A stretch of 39,945 nt of DNA from assembly GCA_002753335.1 (NCBI GenBank), contig PEAD01000027.1:1-39945 (forward strand), in the 5' to 3' direction. This document shows positions 1 to 8,400 of the stretch, one piece after another. The notes below the pieces were generated by a model. The model did not search any database, was not told the origin of the DNA, and saw only the letters and a program-made list of their open reading frames with translations. The position numbers were made by a program, and so were the translations under genes. Numbering within the stretch: the stretch's first letter is position 1; every line of letters starts with the position of its first letter. Source of the DNA: Nitrospirae bacterium MYbin3 (GTDB lineage Bacteria; Nitrospirota; Thermodesulfovibrionia; Thermodesulfovibrionales; Dissulfurispiraceae).

Positions 1-114
1 CTGAAATCAGGGGGAGGCAAGTTTATTTAAAGCAATGCATTACTGGACAAGGGTTTGAAAGCTTTTAGCCTTAGAACTTTTGACAATACGTAAAAACCAA
101 AAAGGAGAATCAAC

Positions 115-705
115 ATGAAAAAACTTGTACTGTTTGCCTTATTGCTTTTTGTTTTTGCGCTTCCTTCGCTCGGCCTCGCTTCAACATGGCAGATAGATGG
201 GGACCACTCGACAGTAGGGTTTTCTGTAAAACATATGATGATTACAAATGTTAAAGGTGTGTTCGAACGCTTTTCTGGCAAGATTGTGATAGATGAAACT
301 AATATCGCCAAATCAAGCGTCAAGGCGGTGATAGAAACAGGCTCTATAAACACGCGCATTCAAAAAAGGGATGATCATCTGAGGAGCTCAGATTTTCTTG
401 ATACTGCGGTGTTTCCAACCATGACTTTTGTATCGAAAAAAATAACGGCGTCAGGAAAAGAGCGCCTGAAAATTACGGGAGACCTTACACTTCACGGCAT
501 AACCCGCGAAGTTGTCCTTGATGTCGAAAACCTTACCGAACCTGTCAAAGACCCGTGGGGCAAAATTCGGCGCGGAGCTTCGGCCACTACAAAAATCAAC
601 AGACGCGACTATGGCCTGACATGGAACAAGGCGATAGAAACAGGCGGGGTCTTGGTGGGCGATGAGGTTGCTATAACTATAGAAATCGAAATGATAAAGG
701 AGTAG
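115..705 (+). CDS. yceI: YceI family periplasmic polyisoprenoid-binding protein
   Basis: Signal peptide, WQIDGDHSTVGFSVKH, RDDHLRSSDFLD, GDLTLHGITREV, DPWG motifs; AGGAG RBS upstream. Confidence 0.92.
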   Translation: MKKLVLFALLLFVFALPSLGLASTWQIDGDHSTVGFSVKHMMITNVKGVFERFSGKIVIDETNIAKSSVKAVIETGSINTRIQKRDDHLRSSDFLDTAVFPTMTFVSKKITASGKERLKITGDLTLHGITREVVLDVENLTEPVKDPWGKIRRGASATTKINRRDYGLTWNKAIETGGVLVGDEVAITIEIEMIKE

Positions 706-725
706 CCTTCAACAAAAAAATATTC

Positions 726-787
726 ACCACAGAGAACACAGAGAGCTTAACCAAAAATAAAATTAAAAACTCTGTGCGCTCTGTGGT
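726..787. repeat. REP-like inverted repeat between convergent genes (possible bidirectional terminator)
   Basis: ACCACAGAGAACACAGAG (726-743) is complementary to CTCTGTGCGCTCTGTGGT (770-787) at 16/18, with an AT-rich spacer. Confidence 0.7.
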
Positions 788-806
788 TTAACTGCCGTTT
801 ATTTTA

Positions 807-1634
807 TTAGCGGCTGAGGGTTTCCCCTACAGCAAGACTTTTCATCTCGGTCTTAAGGCCAAGCGCTTTAATCTCTTTTTCAAGTGCAGCAGCTGTGCCT
901 GTGAGTGCAGGGAAAGTGCCATAATGCATAGGCACTACTACTTGAGGGTTTACAAGCTGCACCGCTTTTGCTGCGAGTTTAGGCCCCATAGTGAACTTGT
1001 CACCAATGCATGCGAGCATTACATCAATTTTGCCCGAACTATTTATCAAGGCCATATCACCAAAAACGTCTGTGTCACCGGTGTGGTATATAGTAGGCCC
1101 GTTCTTAACATAAATTACAAATCCGCCCGGATTGCCTCCGTAAGCGTTCAGGTTCGGCAGTTTGCTGTCTGTAGCGCCTTCAAGGGCAGAGCTGTGAACA
1201 GCAGAAACAAATAGAATTCGTACTTCTCCGTTCAGAAGCGATATCTGGCCGCCAAAGTTCCCCATATTTTCTTTAGGATAATATTTTTCGGGCAGGCCGC
1301 CGAACTGAACCATTGCCCGGCCGAGGTCTGCCGTAGCCACAATCGTCGCACCTGTCTTTTTTGCGATCTCTACAGTGTTGCCCACATGGTCGCCATGGCC
1401 ATGCGTAAGCAATATGAGATCGACCTTGTCGAGCGCAGCAAGCTGCTCTTTGCCTTTAGGATTTGCTGGGTTTGTTATCCAAGGATCGATGAGAAGAACC
1501 TTCCCCGAGCCGGTCGTGACTTTAAATGTGGAATGGCCTAACCATGTAATTCCTGTTTTGTCAGCGGCACAGACTGCTGTGGCATAGACCAACAAGCAGA
1601 ATAAGACCAAACTTAAAAATAATTTGCGTGACAT
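807..1634 (-). CDS. Metallo-beta-lactamase-fold metal-dependent hydrolase (UPF0173-like) with signal peptide
   Basis: ITWLGHS, IDPW, THGHGDH, YHTGDT, PMHYGTFP motifs; hydrophobic N-terminus; GGAGG RBS. Confidence 0.88.
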   Translation of the reverse strand: MSRKLFLSLVLFCLLVYATAVCAADKTGITWLGHSTFKVTTGSGKVLLIDPWITNPANPKGKEQLAALDKVDLILLTHGHGDHVGNTVEIAKKTGATIVATADLGRAMVQFGGLPEKYYPKENMGNFGGQISLLNGEVRILFVSAVHSSALEGATDSKLPNLNAYGGNPGGFVIYVKNGPTIYHTGDTDVFGDMALINSSGKIDVMLACIGDKFTMGPKLAAKAVQLVNPQVVVPMHYGTFPALTGTAAALEKEIKALGLKTEMKSLAVGETLSR

Positions 1635-1758
1635 TGTCCCCTCCGGAATAAGTTTTTAGAAGCTGCCTTAATTTTGCAACTGTTTTAAGTTAAGAATCAA
1701 GACAGTAAAGCAAACTATTTTGGTTAAAGTATTGCAGAACTGTATTTCTAAAATTTTG

Positions 1759-1767
1759 TGCTATAAT
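1759..1767 (+). promoter_or_regulatory. Extended -10 promoter element for the rhodanese gene
   Basis: TG-C-TATAAT about 60 nt upstream of ATG 1829. Confidence 0.5.
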
Positions 1768-1828
1768 TGACATATAAATTATAATTTTAGCTAGGTGTGG
1801 TCTAGAAATAAAAAACAGGAGGAAAAAA

Positions 1829-3184
1829 ATGACAAAAAACATCTTTTTTAAAAAGGCGTTTGCGGTTGCAGCCGTAACACTGTATTGCAGTGGCGGGTTG
1901 TTCGCAGCCGAGAAGCCGCAGATTCTTAAACCCTGTACGCAGTGTCATCAGGCAGAAGCAAACAAGCTTAGGGGCACAGTAGGCAGCGTGTCCGGCAAGG
2001 CAGAAACTATTCAGGTTGAGACGGGCGCAACATGGATAGTAAAGTTTGATGAAAAAACAAAAATCAACAATTGGCAGCAACCTGTAAACAAGATACCAAA
2101 AGAAAAAGAAATCGCGGTTGTTTTTGCTGAGAAAGAGGGCAAATTATATGCTGAATCAATAACTGTAAAGCCGCCGGCAAAGGTAAGAGATGAACAGCTG
2201 ATTAAAGCGGAAGCGCTTTCAAAACTTATTGCGCTCGGAGCTGACAAGGGGAACTATATCATTATAGATTCAAGGCCTGCGCCGCGTTTTGGTGAAGCGC
2301 ATATTCCGGGAGCTATAAACATCTACGATGCTGATTTTGACAAAAATATAGAAAAGCTCCCTAAAGAAAAAGATAAAATCTTAGTTTTTTATTGTGCAGG
2401 CCCCACCTGAAGGCTGAGCCCATCCTCTGCCAGTAAGGCGGAGAAACTTGGATACAAAAACGTAAAAGTGTTTATTGATGGGCTGCCGGCATGGAAAAAG
2501 GCGGGCAGTCTTATTGCATCTACCGGTGCGAATCTCAAAGGCGTGATAGACAAGGATATACCGCATGTGCTGATAGATGTAAGACCGGCGGATTATGCAA
2601 AAAAAGAACATATAAAAGGCGCAGTCAACATACCGCTTAAAGAGCTTGCAGGAATGAAGCCTAAATTCCCGGAAAACAAAAAAGCCCCGATTGTTATTTA
2701 CTGTGCTTCCCAGCAGGCTATGGAAGAGGCGTTTAAAGCTGTCAGGGGATGGGGTTATGTAAATGCGTCATACCTTGCCGGAGGAATGGAGGGGTGGAAG
2801 AAAGCGGGCAACCCGGTAGAAAATGACAAGCTAAAAACAGAAATAGTATATGTGCCTAAACCAAGACCGGGCGAGATTATGCCCGAAGAGTTTAAAACAA
2901 TTGCGGCGTCAACTCCATCCGGCAAGTTCATTCTTGATGTGCGCGATGCTGATGAAGCTGCGGAAGGCATGATTAAAGGCGCGAAGAATATTCCAACTCA
3001 GGATGTTGGCGATAGAATTGCCGAGATACCGAAAGACAAAGAGATTATTATCCATTGTTCGACAGGAGCGAGAGCAGAGATAGCCTACAACACGCTTAAA
3101 GAAAAAGGGTTCAAAGCGCGTTTCTTAAATGCAACTGTGAAGATAGCCAAAGATGGAAAGCTTGAAATAACCAAAGAAGATTAG
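1829..3184 (+). CDS. Exported c-type heme / triple-rhodanese selenoprotein (451 aa; UGA at 2408-2410 read as Sec)
   Basis: ORFs 1829-2410 and 2468-3184 share a frame; read-through gives FYCAGPT-U-RLSPSSASKAEKLGYKNVKVF, completing a rhodanese domain. CTQCH heme motif, signal peptide, SECIS-like hairpin, selC in window. Confidence 0.88.
2411..2443 (+). promoter_or_regulatory. Putative bacterial SECIS element
   Basis: Stem CTCTGCC (2425-2431) / GGCGGAG (2437-2443), loop AGTAA beginning 21 nt after the UGA, G in second loop position. Confidence 0.72.
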
Positions 3185-3189
3185 TTTTT

Positions 3190-3225
3190 ACAGAAGCGCC
3201 TGAGGTTTGCCTCAGGCGCTTCTGT
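3190..3225 (+). terminator. Strong hairpin after the rhodanese gene, likely terminator
   Basis: Perfect 16-bp inverted repeat ACAGAAGCGCCTGAGG-TTTG-CCTCAGGCGCTTCTGT; weak U tract. Confidence 0.65.
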
Positions 3226-3229
3226 TGCC

Positions 3230-3259
3230 TTGACGGAGCAGAAAAATCTTTAGTACACT
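3230..3259 (+). promoter_or_regulatory. Sigma70-type promoter of gmhA (probably leaderless)
   Basis: TTGACG-N18-TACACT-N7-ATG; no SD before the ATG. Confidence 0.55.
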
Positions 3260-3266
3260 TAACCCC

Positions 3267-3851
3267 ATGGAAAGAAAAATAATAAAGGCATTTGAAGACA
3301 GCATAGAAGTCAAAAAGCGTTTTGCAAAAGATAATACCGCATTGATCGCAGAAGTTTCGAAACTTATTGCCGATGCTTTCAGCGAAGGCAGAAAACTGCT
3401 TCTTTTCGGCAATGGAGGCAGCGCTTGCGATGCATCTCATATTGCTGCAGAGTTCGTAAACCGCTTTAAAAAAGACAGACCCGGATTGCCGGCCATAGCA
3501 CTCAATACCGATACCGCTGTGCTTACATCCATTTCAAACGATTACGACTATTCAGAAATATTTGCAAGGCAGGTAAAGACTCTTGGCCAGGCCGGAGACC
3601 TTGTGCTAGCTATAAGCACGAGCGGGGGATCTAAAAATATTCTCAAGGCTGTTGATGCAGCTAAGAAAAAGGGAATAAAAACGATAGCTTTTACCGGACA
3701 AAAAGGCGACAAGTTTGCGGCAAAATGCGATTATGCCTTTGTGGTGGCCTCTGAAGACACGCCGCGCATTCAGGAAACACATATTACACTTGCACACATA
3801 ATCTGCCAAATGGTGGAAGAGATTTTATTTGAAGCCCCAAGAAAAAGATAG
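3267..3851 (+). CDS. gmhA: Phosphoheptose (D-sedoheptulose 7-phosphate) isomerase
   Basis: GNGGSACDASHIAAEF, NDYDY, ISTSGGS, TPRIQETH motifs. Confidence 0.95.
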   Translation: MERKIIKAFEDSIEVKKRFAKDNTALIAEVSKLIADAFSEGRKLLLFGNGGSACDASHIAAEFVNRFKKDRPGLPAIALNTDTAVLTSISNDYDYSEIFARQVKTLGQAGDLVLAISTSGGSKNILKAVDAAKKKGIKTIAFTGQKGDKFAAKCDYAFVVASEDTPRIQETHITLAHIICQMVEEILFEAPRKR

Positions 3852-3853
3852 TC

Positions 3854-4333
3854 TTGAAAATTTTAGGCATTGATCCGGGCAGTATTTATTGCGGCTACAG
3901 CCTCATAAACGTTTCACCAAATCCGTATTCAAAAAAAATCGATTATATGTCTTCAGGCAGGATTGCAATGTCTGCAAAAAATCCTCTTCATGAAAGGCTT
4001 AAAACACTTTTTACCACACTAAACGAGATCTTTGCCGAATACAAGCCTGATGAGATAGCCATAGAAAAGATGTTTTTTGCTAAAGGCACAAAAGCGGCTA
4101 TAAGCATGGGGCACACTAGAGGAGTTGTTCTTGTTGCAGCGGCACTTACCGGGATGCCTATTTTTGAGTACAGCGCACTTCAGGTAAAAAAAGCGGTTGT
4201 AGGCTACGGCAAGGCCGACAAAAATCAGGTGCAGAGCATGGTCGCGCAAATACTTAATATACGCCACAAACTGTCATCTGACAGTGCGGATGCCATAGCT
4301 TTAGCCATTTGCCACGCCCACACCAGACGATAA
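3854..4333 (+). CDS. ruvC: Holliday junction resolvase RuvC
   Basis: ILGIDPG, AIE, VKKAVVGYGKADKNQV, DSADAIALAICH. Confidence 0.95.
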   Translation: MKILGIDPGSIYCGYSLINVSPNPYSKKIDYMSSGRIAMSAKNPLHERLKTLFTTLNEIFAEYKPDEIAIEKMFFAKGTKAAISMGHTRGVVLVAAALTGMPIFEYSALQVKKAVVGYGKADKNQVQSMVAQILNIRHKLSSDSADAIALAICHAHTRR

Positions 4334-4406
4334 TCAACCATACCGGTGTGTTATAATTTTAGTCGTTTATAAATTGTTTCTGAGCAAATAAATCGGAGGT
4401 TTTAGA

Positions 4407-5621
4407 GTGGAGAAATATAAAGTAAATTCTATAGAGGAAGCCCTTGAAGACATTGTCAATGGGAGAATGGTGATACTTGTTGATGATGAGGACCGCGAAA
4501 ATGAGGGTGATTTGTGCATGGCGGCCGAGAAGGTTACGCCGGATGCCATTAACTTTATGGCCAAACACGGGCGCGGACTTATATGTCTTTCACTTACTCC
4601 GCAAAGAGTTGAGGAGATTAATCTGCCGATGATGACCGAGGACAACACCTCGTCTTTCGGCACCGCATTCACTGTTTCGATCGAGGCAAAAAAAGGCGTT
4701 ACCACCGGAATATCCGCAAAGGATAGAGCTACTACGATACTCACCGCTATTAACCCCAAAACAAAACCTGAAGATATAGCAAGACCGGGACACATTTTCC
4801 CGCTTAGGGCAAAACCGGGCGGGGTGCTTCAGCGTGCCGGACAAACAGAAGGGTCTGTTGATCTTGCGCGCCTTGCAGGACTTAATCCCTCTGGAGTCAT
4901 CTGCGAGATTATGGACGATGACGGCACGATGGCGCGGATGCCTCAGCTTGTGGAATTCGCAAAAAAACATCATCTAAAAATAATTACGGTAAAAGACCTA
5001 ATCAAATATAGAATGCGTAATGAGCGGCTTGTAAAACGTATTGCTACGGTAAAGATGCCTACTAAATACGGAGGCGATTTTACCTCTATAGCCTACGCTA
5101 ATGACGTTGATAAAAATGTGCACATAGCACTCGTGAAGGGAACAATTAAAAGCGGCGATACGGTTTTGGTAAGAGTGCATTCTGAATGCCTTACCGGTGA
5201 CGTATTTGGTTCAAAAAGATGCGATTGCGGGGACCAGCTTCACAAGGCGATGGAGATGATAAGCAAAGAAGGCAAAGGCATTGTGTTATACATGCGACAG
5301 GAAGGCCGTGGCATCGGGCTTGCAAATAAACTGAGGGCGTATGAGTTGCAAGACAAGGGCCTCGATACTGTAGAGGCCAACCTCCAACTCGGGTTTCAGC
5401 CCGATCTTCGGGATTACGGCATAGGCGCGCAAATACTGGTTGAGCTTGGTGTGAAAAAGATGCGCATAATAACAAACAATCCTAAAAAAATAGTTGGTCT
5501 TGAAGGCTATGGCCTGAAAATTGTTGAAAGAGTTCCGGCAGAAGTCACTCCTCATGACAAAAACATTGTTTATCTAAAGACAAAAAAGAAGAAAATGGGC
5601 CACATGATCGAAAATGTTTAA
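4407..5621 (+). CDS. ribBA: Bifunctional DHBP synthase / GTP cyclohydrolase II
   Basis: [47 protein letters not shown]. Confidence 0.97.
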   Translation: MEKYKVNSIEEALEDIVNGRMVILVDDEDRENEGDLCMAAEKVTPDAINFMAKHGRGLICLSLTPQRVEEINLPMMTEDNTSSFGTAFTVSIEAKKGVTTGISAKDRATTILTAINPKTKPEDIARPGHIFPLRAKPGGVLQRAGQTEGSVDLARLAGLNPSGVICEIMDDDGTMARMPQLVEFAKKHHLKIITVKDLIKYRMRNERLVKRIATVKMPTKYGGDFTSIAYANDVDKNVHIALVKGTIKSGDTVLVRVHSECLTGDVFGSKRCDCGDQLHKAMEMISKEGKGIVLYMRQEGRGIGLANKLRAYELQDKGLDTVEANLQLGFQPDLRDYGIGAQILVELGVKKMRIITNNPKKIVGLEGYGLKIVERVPAEVTPHDKNIVYLKTKKKKMGHMIENV

Positions 5622-5623
5622 AA

Positions 5624-5658
5624 CACGCCTCAGAGGATTCGAACCTCCGCTCCTCGGC
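5624..5658 (-). mobile_element. Degenerate duplicate of the tRNA-Arg 3' half (att-site scar)
   Basis: CACGCCTCAGAGGATTCGAACCTCCGCTCCTCGGC matches 6352-6386 at 31/35, same orientation. Confidence 0.8.
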
Positions 5659-5686
5659 ATGAAGAGTTTAGGTTAAACAGGATTCT

Positions 5687-6277
5687 ATGCCGACAAGTCC
5701 TTATTGTCATATAGAAACATTAGCTGCATTCCTAATCTTTATAAGACCGACTTCTGTGCTTGATATAGGACTTGGCAATGGGAAAATAGGCTTTATAGTC
5801 CGCGACTGCCTTGATGTCACCATGGGGGAGCGTTATAAACGGTCAGACTGGAAGGTTATTCTTGATGGTATAGAAATCTTTCCAGATTATATACAGGATC
5901 ATCAAAAAGCCATCTATAACAAAATTTTTATCGGCAATGCCTTTGAATATATCGATGTCATAGGAGTCTATGATCTGATCATTGCCGGTGATGTGCTCGA
6001 ACATTTCGAAAAGAATAAAGCATGGAGTTTTTTAGACAAATGCGCTGCTCATTGCAACAAGTATCTTATACTTAATCTGCCTCTAGGCGAAAAGTGGGAA
6101 CAGCCAACTATTTATGGGAATCCACACGAAAAGCACCTTTCCTCATGGACACAGGAGGAGCTCGCGCCTTTTACCTCTATGAAACAAATTTATTCTTGTA
6201 AAGAAGCGGGCGATTATGGATGCTTTCTTATAAAAAAAGAAGATTATCTCTCCTACCGGCAACAACAAACAGGTTGA
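5687..6277 (+). CDS. Class I SAM-dependent methyltransferase (islet cargo)
   Basis: VLDIGLGNG motif I, GIE, YDLIIAGDVLEHF. Confidence 0.8.
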   Translation: MPTSPYCHIETLAAFLIFIRPTSVLDIGLGNGKIGFIVRDCLDVTMGERYKRSDWKVILDGIEIFPDYIQDHQKAIYNKIFIGNAFEYIDVIGVYDLIIAGDVLEHFEKNKAWSFLDKCAAHCNKYLILNLPLGEKWEQPTIYGNPHEKHLSSWTQEELAPFTSMKQIYSCKEAGDYGCFLIKKEDYLSYRQQQTG

Positions 6278-6351
6278 GCTTTTGGAATTCGTCCGTTAGA
6301 AAAAACGGGAGAGTTGCGACATGCTGCTTTGTAACTCGTTGTTTTTAAAAG

Positions 6352-6425
6352 CGCGCCTGAGAGGATTCGAACCTCCGACCCTCGGCTTCGGAGGCCGATG
6401 CTCTAATCCCCTGAGCTACAGGCGC
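6352..6425 (-). tRNA. tRNA-Arg(CCG)
   Basis: GCGCCTGTAGCTCAG...TCGGC-CTCCGAA-GCCGA...GGTTCGAATCC...CAGGCGCG cloverleaf; full CCA not encoded. Confidence 0.96.
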
Positions 6426-6497
6426 ATCTGAGGTCTATTCGTATTCTAACATCCGCATTGTAAGTAGTGCTACTTTTGAATTGTTTATGCAGCATTT

Positions 6498-8378
6498 TTA
6501 TGAGCGCTTTTCGTTCCTGAATCTTTCAACAGCCACATGCAGTATCGAGATGGCTGCAGGAGTAATACCGGGTATCCTAGCCGCCTGCCCTAAAGTCTCG
6601 GGCTGAATCTCTGTCAGCTTTTGCACCACTTCCCGCGAAAGCCCCGGCACAATTTTATAGTCGAATCCGGCAGGAATTTTATAGGCCTCAATTTTATGAA
6701 ATTTGCAGGCCATTTCGGACTGCTTTTGGATATATCCTTCATATTTAACATTAATCTCGATAAGCTGCGCTATCTGCTCAGATATTTGGATTGGCGCAGG
6801 AGCATAATTTTTTATGAACGCATATTTAATTTCGGGACGCTTGAGTATTTTTTCTAATGATATGCTTTCTGTGATAGACGATGTTCCTAAAGAATCCAGA
6901 GCGCTGTTAATTTGATCAGAAGGTTTAAGTCTAACCGTTTTTAATCTGGACAACTCTTCTTCTAAAATACTTTTTTTCTGTTCAAACCGGGTATACGCAT
7001 CATCAGACAACAGCCCTATTTTATGACCTTTTTCGGCAAGCCGAAAATCAGCATTGTCATGTCTAAGGAGCAGTCTGTACTCTGCACGAGAGGTAAACAT
7101 TCGGTAAGGCTCTGTAGTTCCTTTTGTCACAAGATCATCTATCAGCACTCCTATGTATGCCTCATCCCTGCCGAGAACGAGCGGTTCGAGCCCTTTTATC
7201 TTGCGTGCTGCGTTTATGCCTGCGATAAGCCCCTGAGCAGCAGCCTCCTCATAGCCTGAGGTGCCGTTGATCTGGCCGCCAAGAAAAAGACCGTCTATAT
7301 TTTTTGTTTCCAAGCTGTGACGCAGCTGTGTAGGGAATACAAAATCATACTCTATCGCATACGCAGGCCGCATTATTTCGGCATTCTCCAGGCCTTCTAT
7401 GCTTTTTACAAGCTGCACCTGCACATCGTAGGGAAGGCTTGTAGAGATGCCGTTTGCATAATACTCTTTTGTTTCCAGTCCCTCCGGCTCAAGGAATATT
7501 TGATGCCGTTCTCTATCTGCAAAACGCACTATTTTATCTTCTATCGAAGGACAATATCTCGGACCGATGCCTTTAATGCGCCCACTATAAAGCGGTGATC
7601 TATCGAGTCCTCCGCGTATGATTTCATGCGTGATTTTATTGGTATAGGTCATATAACATGGAAGCTGTGGAGTTGTTATCTTTTCTGTTGTGTAAGAAAA
7701 CGGGACAGGCGGATCATCACCCATTTGCGGAACAGTTTTCGAAAAGTTGATGGTTTTGGCATCAAGTCTCGGCGGGGTTCCTGTTTTTAATCGCCCCATT
7801 TTAAACCCGAGATTTTGCAGCGAATCCGAAAGCCCGATAGAAGCGAACTCGCCTGCCCGGCCGGACTGAAAACTGTCAAGGCCTATATGTATCAGCCCTT
7901 TCAGGAAAGTTCCGGTAGTAACAACTACAGCCCGAGCACCATACATCACCCCGAGAGCTGTAACAACACCGCAAATTTTTTGATCCTTTACGGCAAGCCT
8001 CTCCACCATGCCCTGCTTTATGGCAAGATTTTTCTGGCTTTCGAGAACCATGCGCATTGTGTTTTTATACAACGATCTATCTGCTTGTGCACGCAGCGAC
8101 CATACAGCAGGACCTTTCGACAAGTTAAGCATCCGAAACTGGATGCCTGTTTTATCGGTCACCTTTGCCATCTCACCGCCAAGCGCATCTATTTCTCGAA
8201 CAAGATGGCCCTTGGCAAGCCCTCCAATAGCCGGGTTACACGAAAGATGCGCAATTGTATCAAGGTTTATGGAGAACAGACAGGTTTGGAGTCCTATTCG
8301 CGCTGCTGCTAAAGCCGCTTCGCAGCCGGCATGTCCTGCGCCGACCACAATAATATCGTAGTCTTGCTCTTTGTACAT
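6498..8378 (-). CDS. mnmG: tRNA uridine-34 5-carboxymethylaminomethyl modification enzyme MnmG (GidA)
   Basis: VVGAGHAG, SCNPAIGG, RLKTGTPPR, GPRYCPSIEDK, GQINGTSGYEEAAAQG; start trimmed to MYKEQDYD. Confidence 0.97.
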   Translation of the reverse strand: MYKEQDYDIIVVGAGHAGCEAALAAARIGLQTCLFSINLDTIAHLSCNPAIGGLAKGHLVREIDALGGEMAKVTDKTGIQFRMLNLSKGPAVWSLRAQADRSLYKNTMRMVLESQKNLAIKQGMVERLAVKDQKICGVVTALGVMYGARAVVVTTGTFLKGLIHIGLDSFQSGRAGEFASIGLSDSLQNLGFKMGRLKTGTPPRLDAKTINFSKTVPQMGDDPPVPFSYTTEKITTPQLPCYMTYTNKITHEIIRGGLDRSPLYSGRIKGIGPRYCPSIEDKIVRFADRERHQIFLEPEGLETKEYYANGISTSLPYDVQVQLVKSIEGLENAEIMRPAYAIEYDFVFPTQLRHSLETKNIDGLFLGGQINGTSGYEEAAAQGLIAGINAARKIKGLEPLVLGRDEAYIGVLIDDLVTKGTTEPYRMFTSRAEYRLLLRHDNADFRLAEKGHKIGLLSDDAYTRFEQKKSILEEELSRLKTVRLKPSDQINSALDSLGTSSITESISLEKILKRPEIKYAFIKNYAPAPIQISEQIAQLIEINVKYEGYIQKQSEMACKFHKIEAYKIPAGFDYKIVPGLSREVVQKLTEIQPETLGQAARIPGITPAAISILHVAVERFRNEKRS

Positions 8379-8397
8379 AAATCGCATTATTATAGCA
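8364..8397. promoter_or_regulatory. Bidirectional promoter with overlapping -10 elements
   Basis: Plus strand TTGCTC-N18-TATTAT (8388-8393); minus strand TG-C-TATAAT (8397-8389). Confidence 0.6.
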
Positions 8398-8400
8398 TTT

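Noticed and set aside
2468..3184. Separate 238-aa rhodanese gene, or pseudogene call for 1829-3184
   Set aside because: Same frame as the upstream ORF, no evident RBS, and the intervening codons complete the domain; UGA plus SECIS-like hairpin plus selC explain it as one selenoprotein.
5624..5660. Second tRNA gene after ribBA
   Set aside because: Only the 3' half is present, with no D arm or 5' acceptor strand; treated as an att scar.
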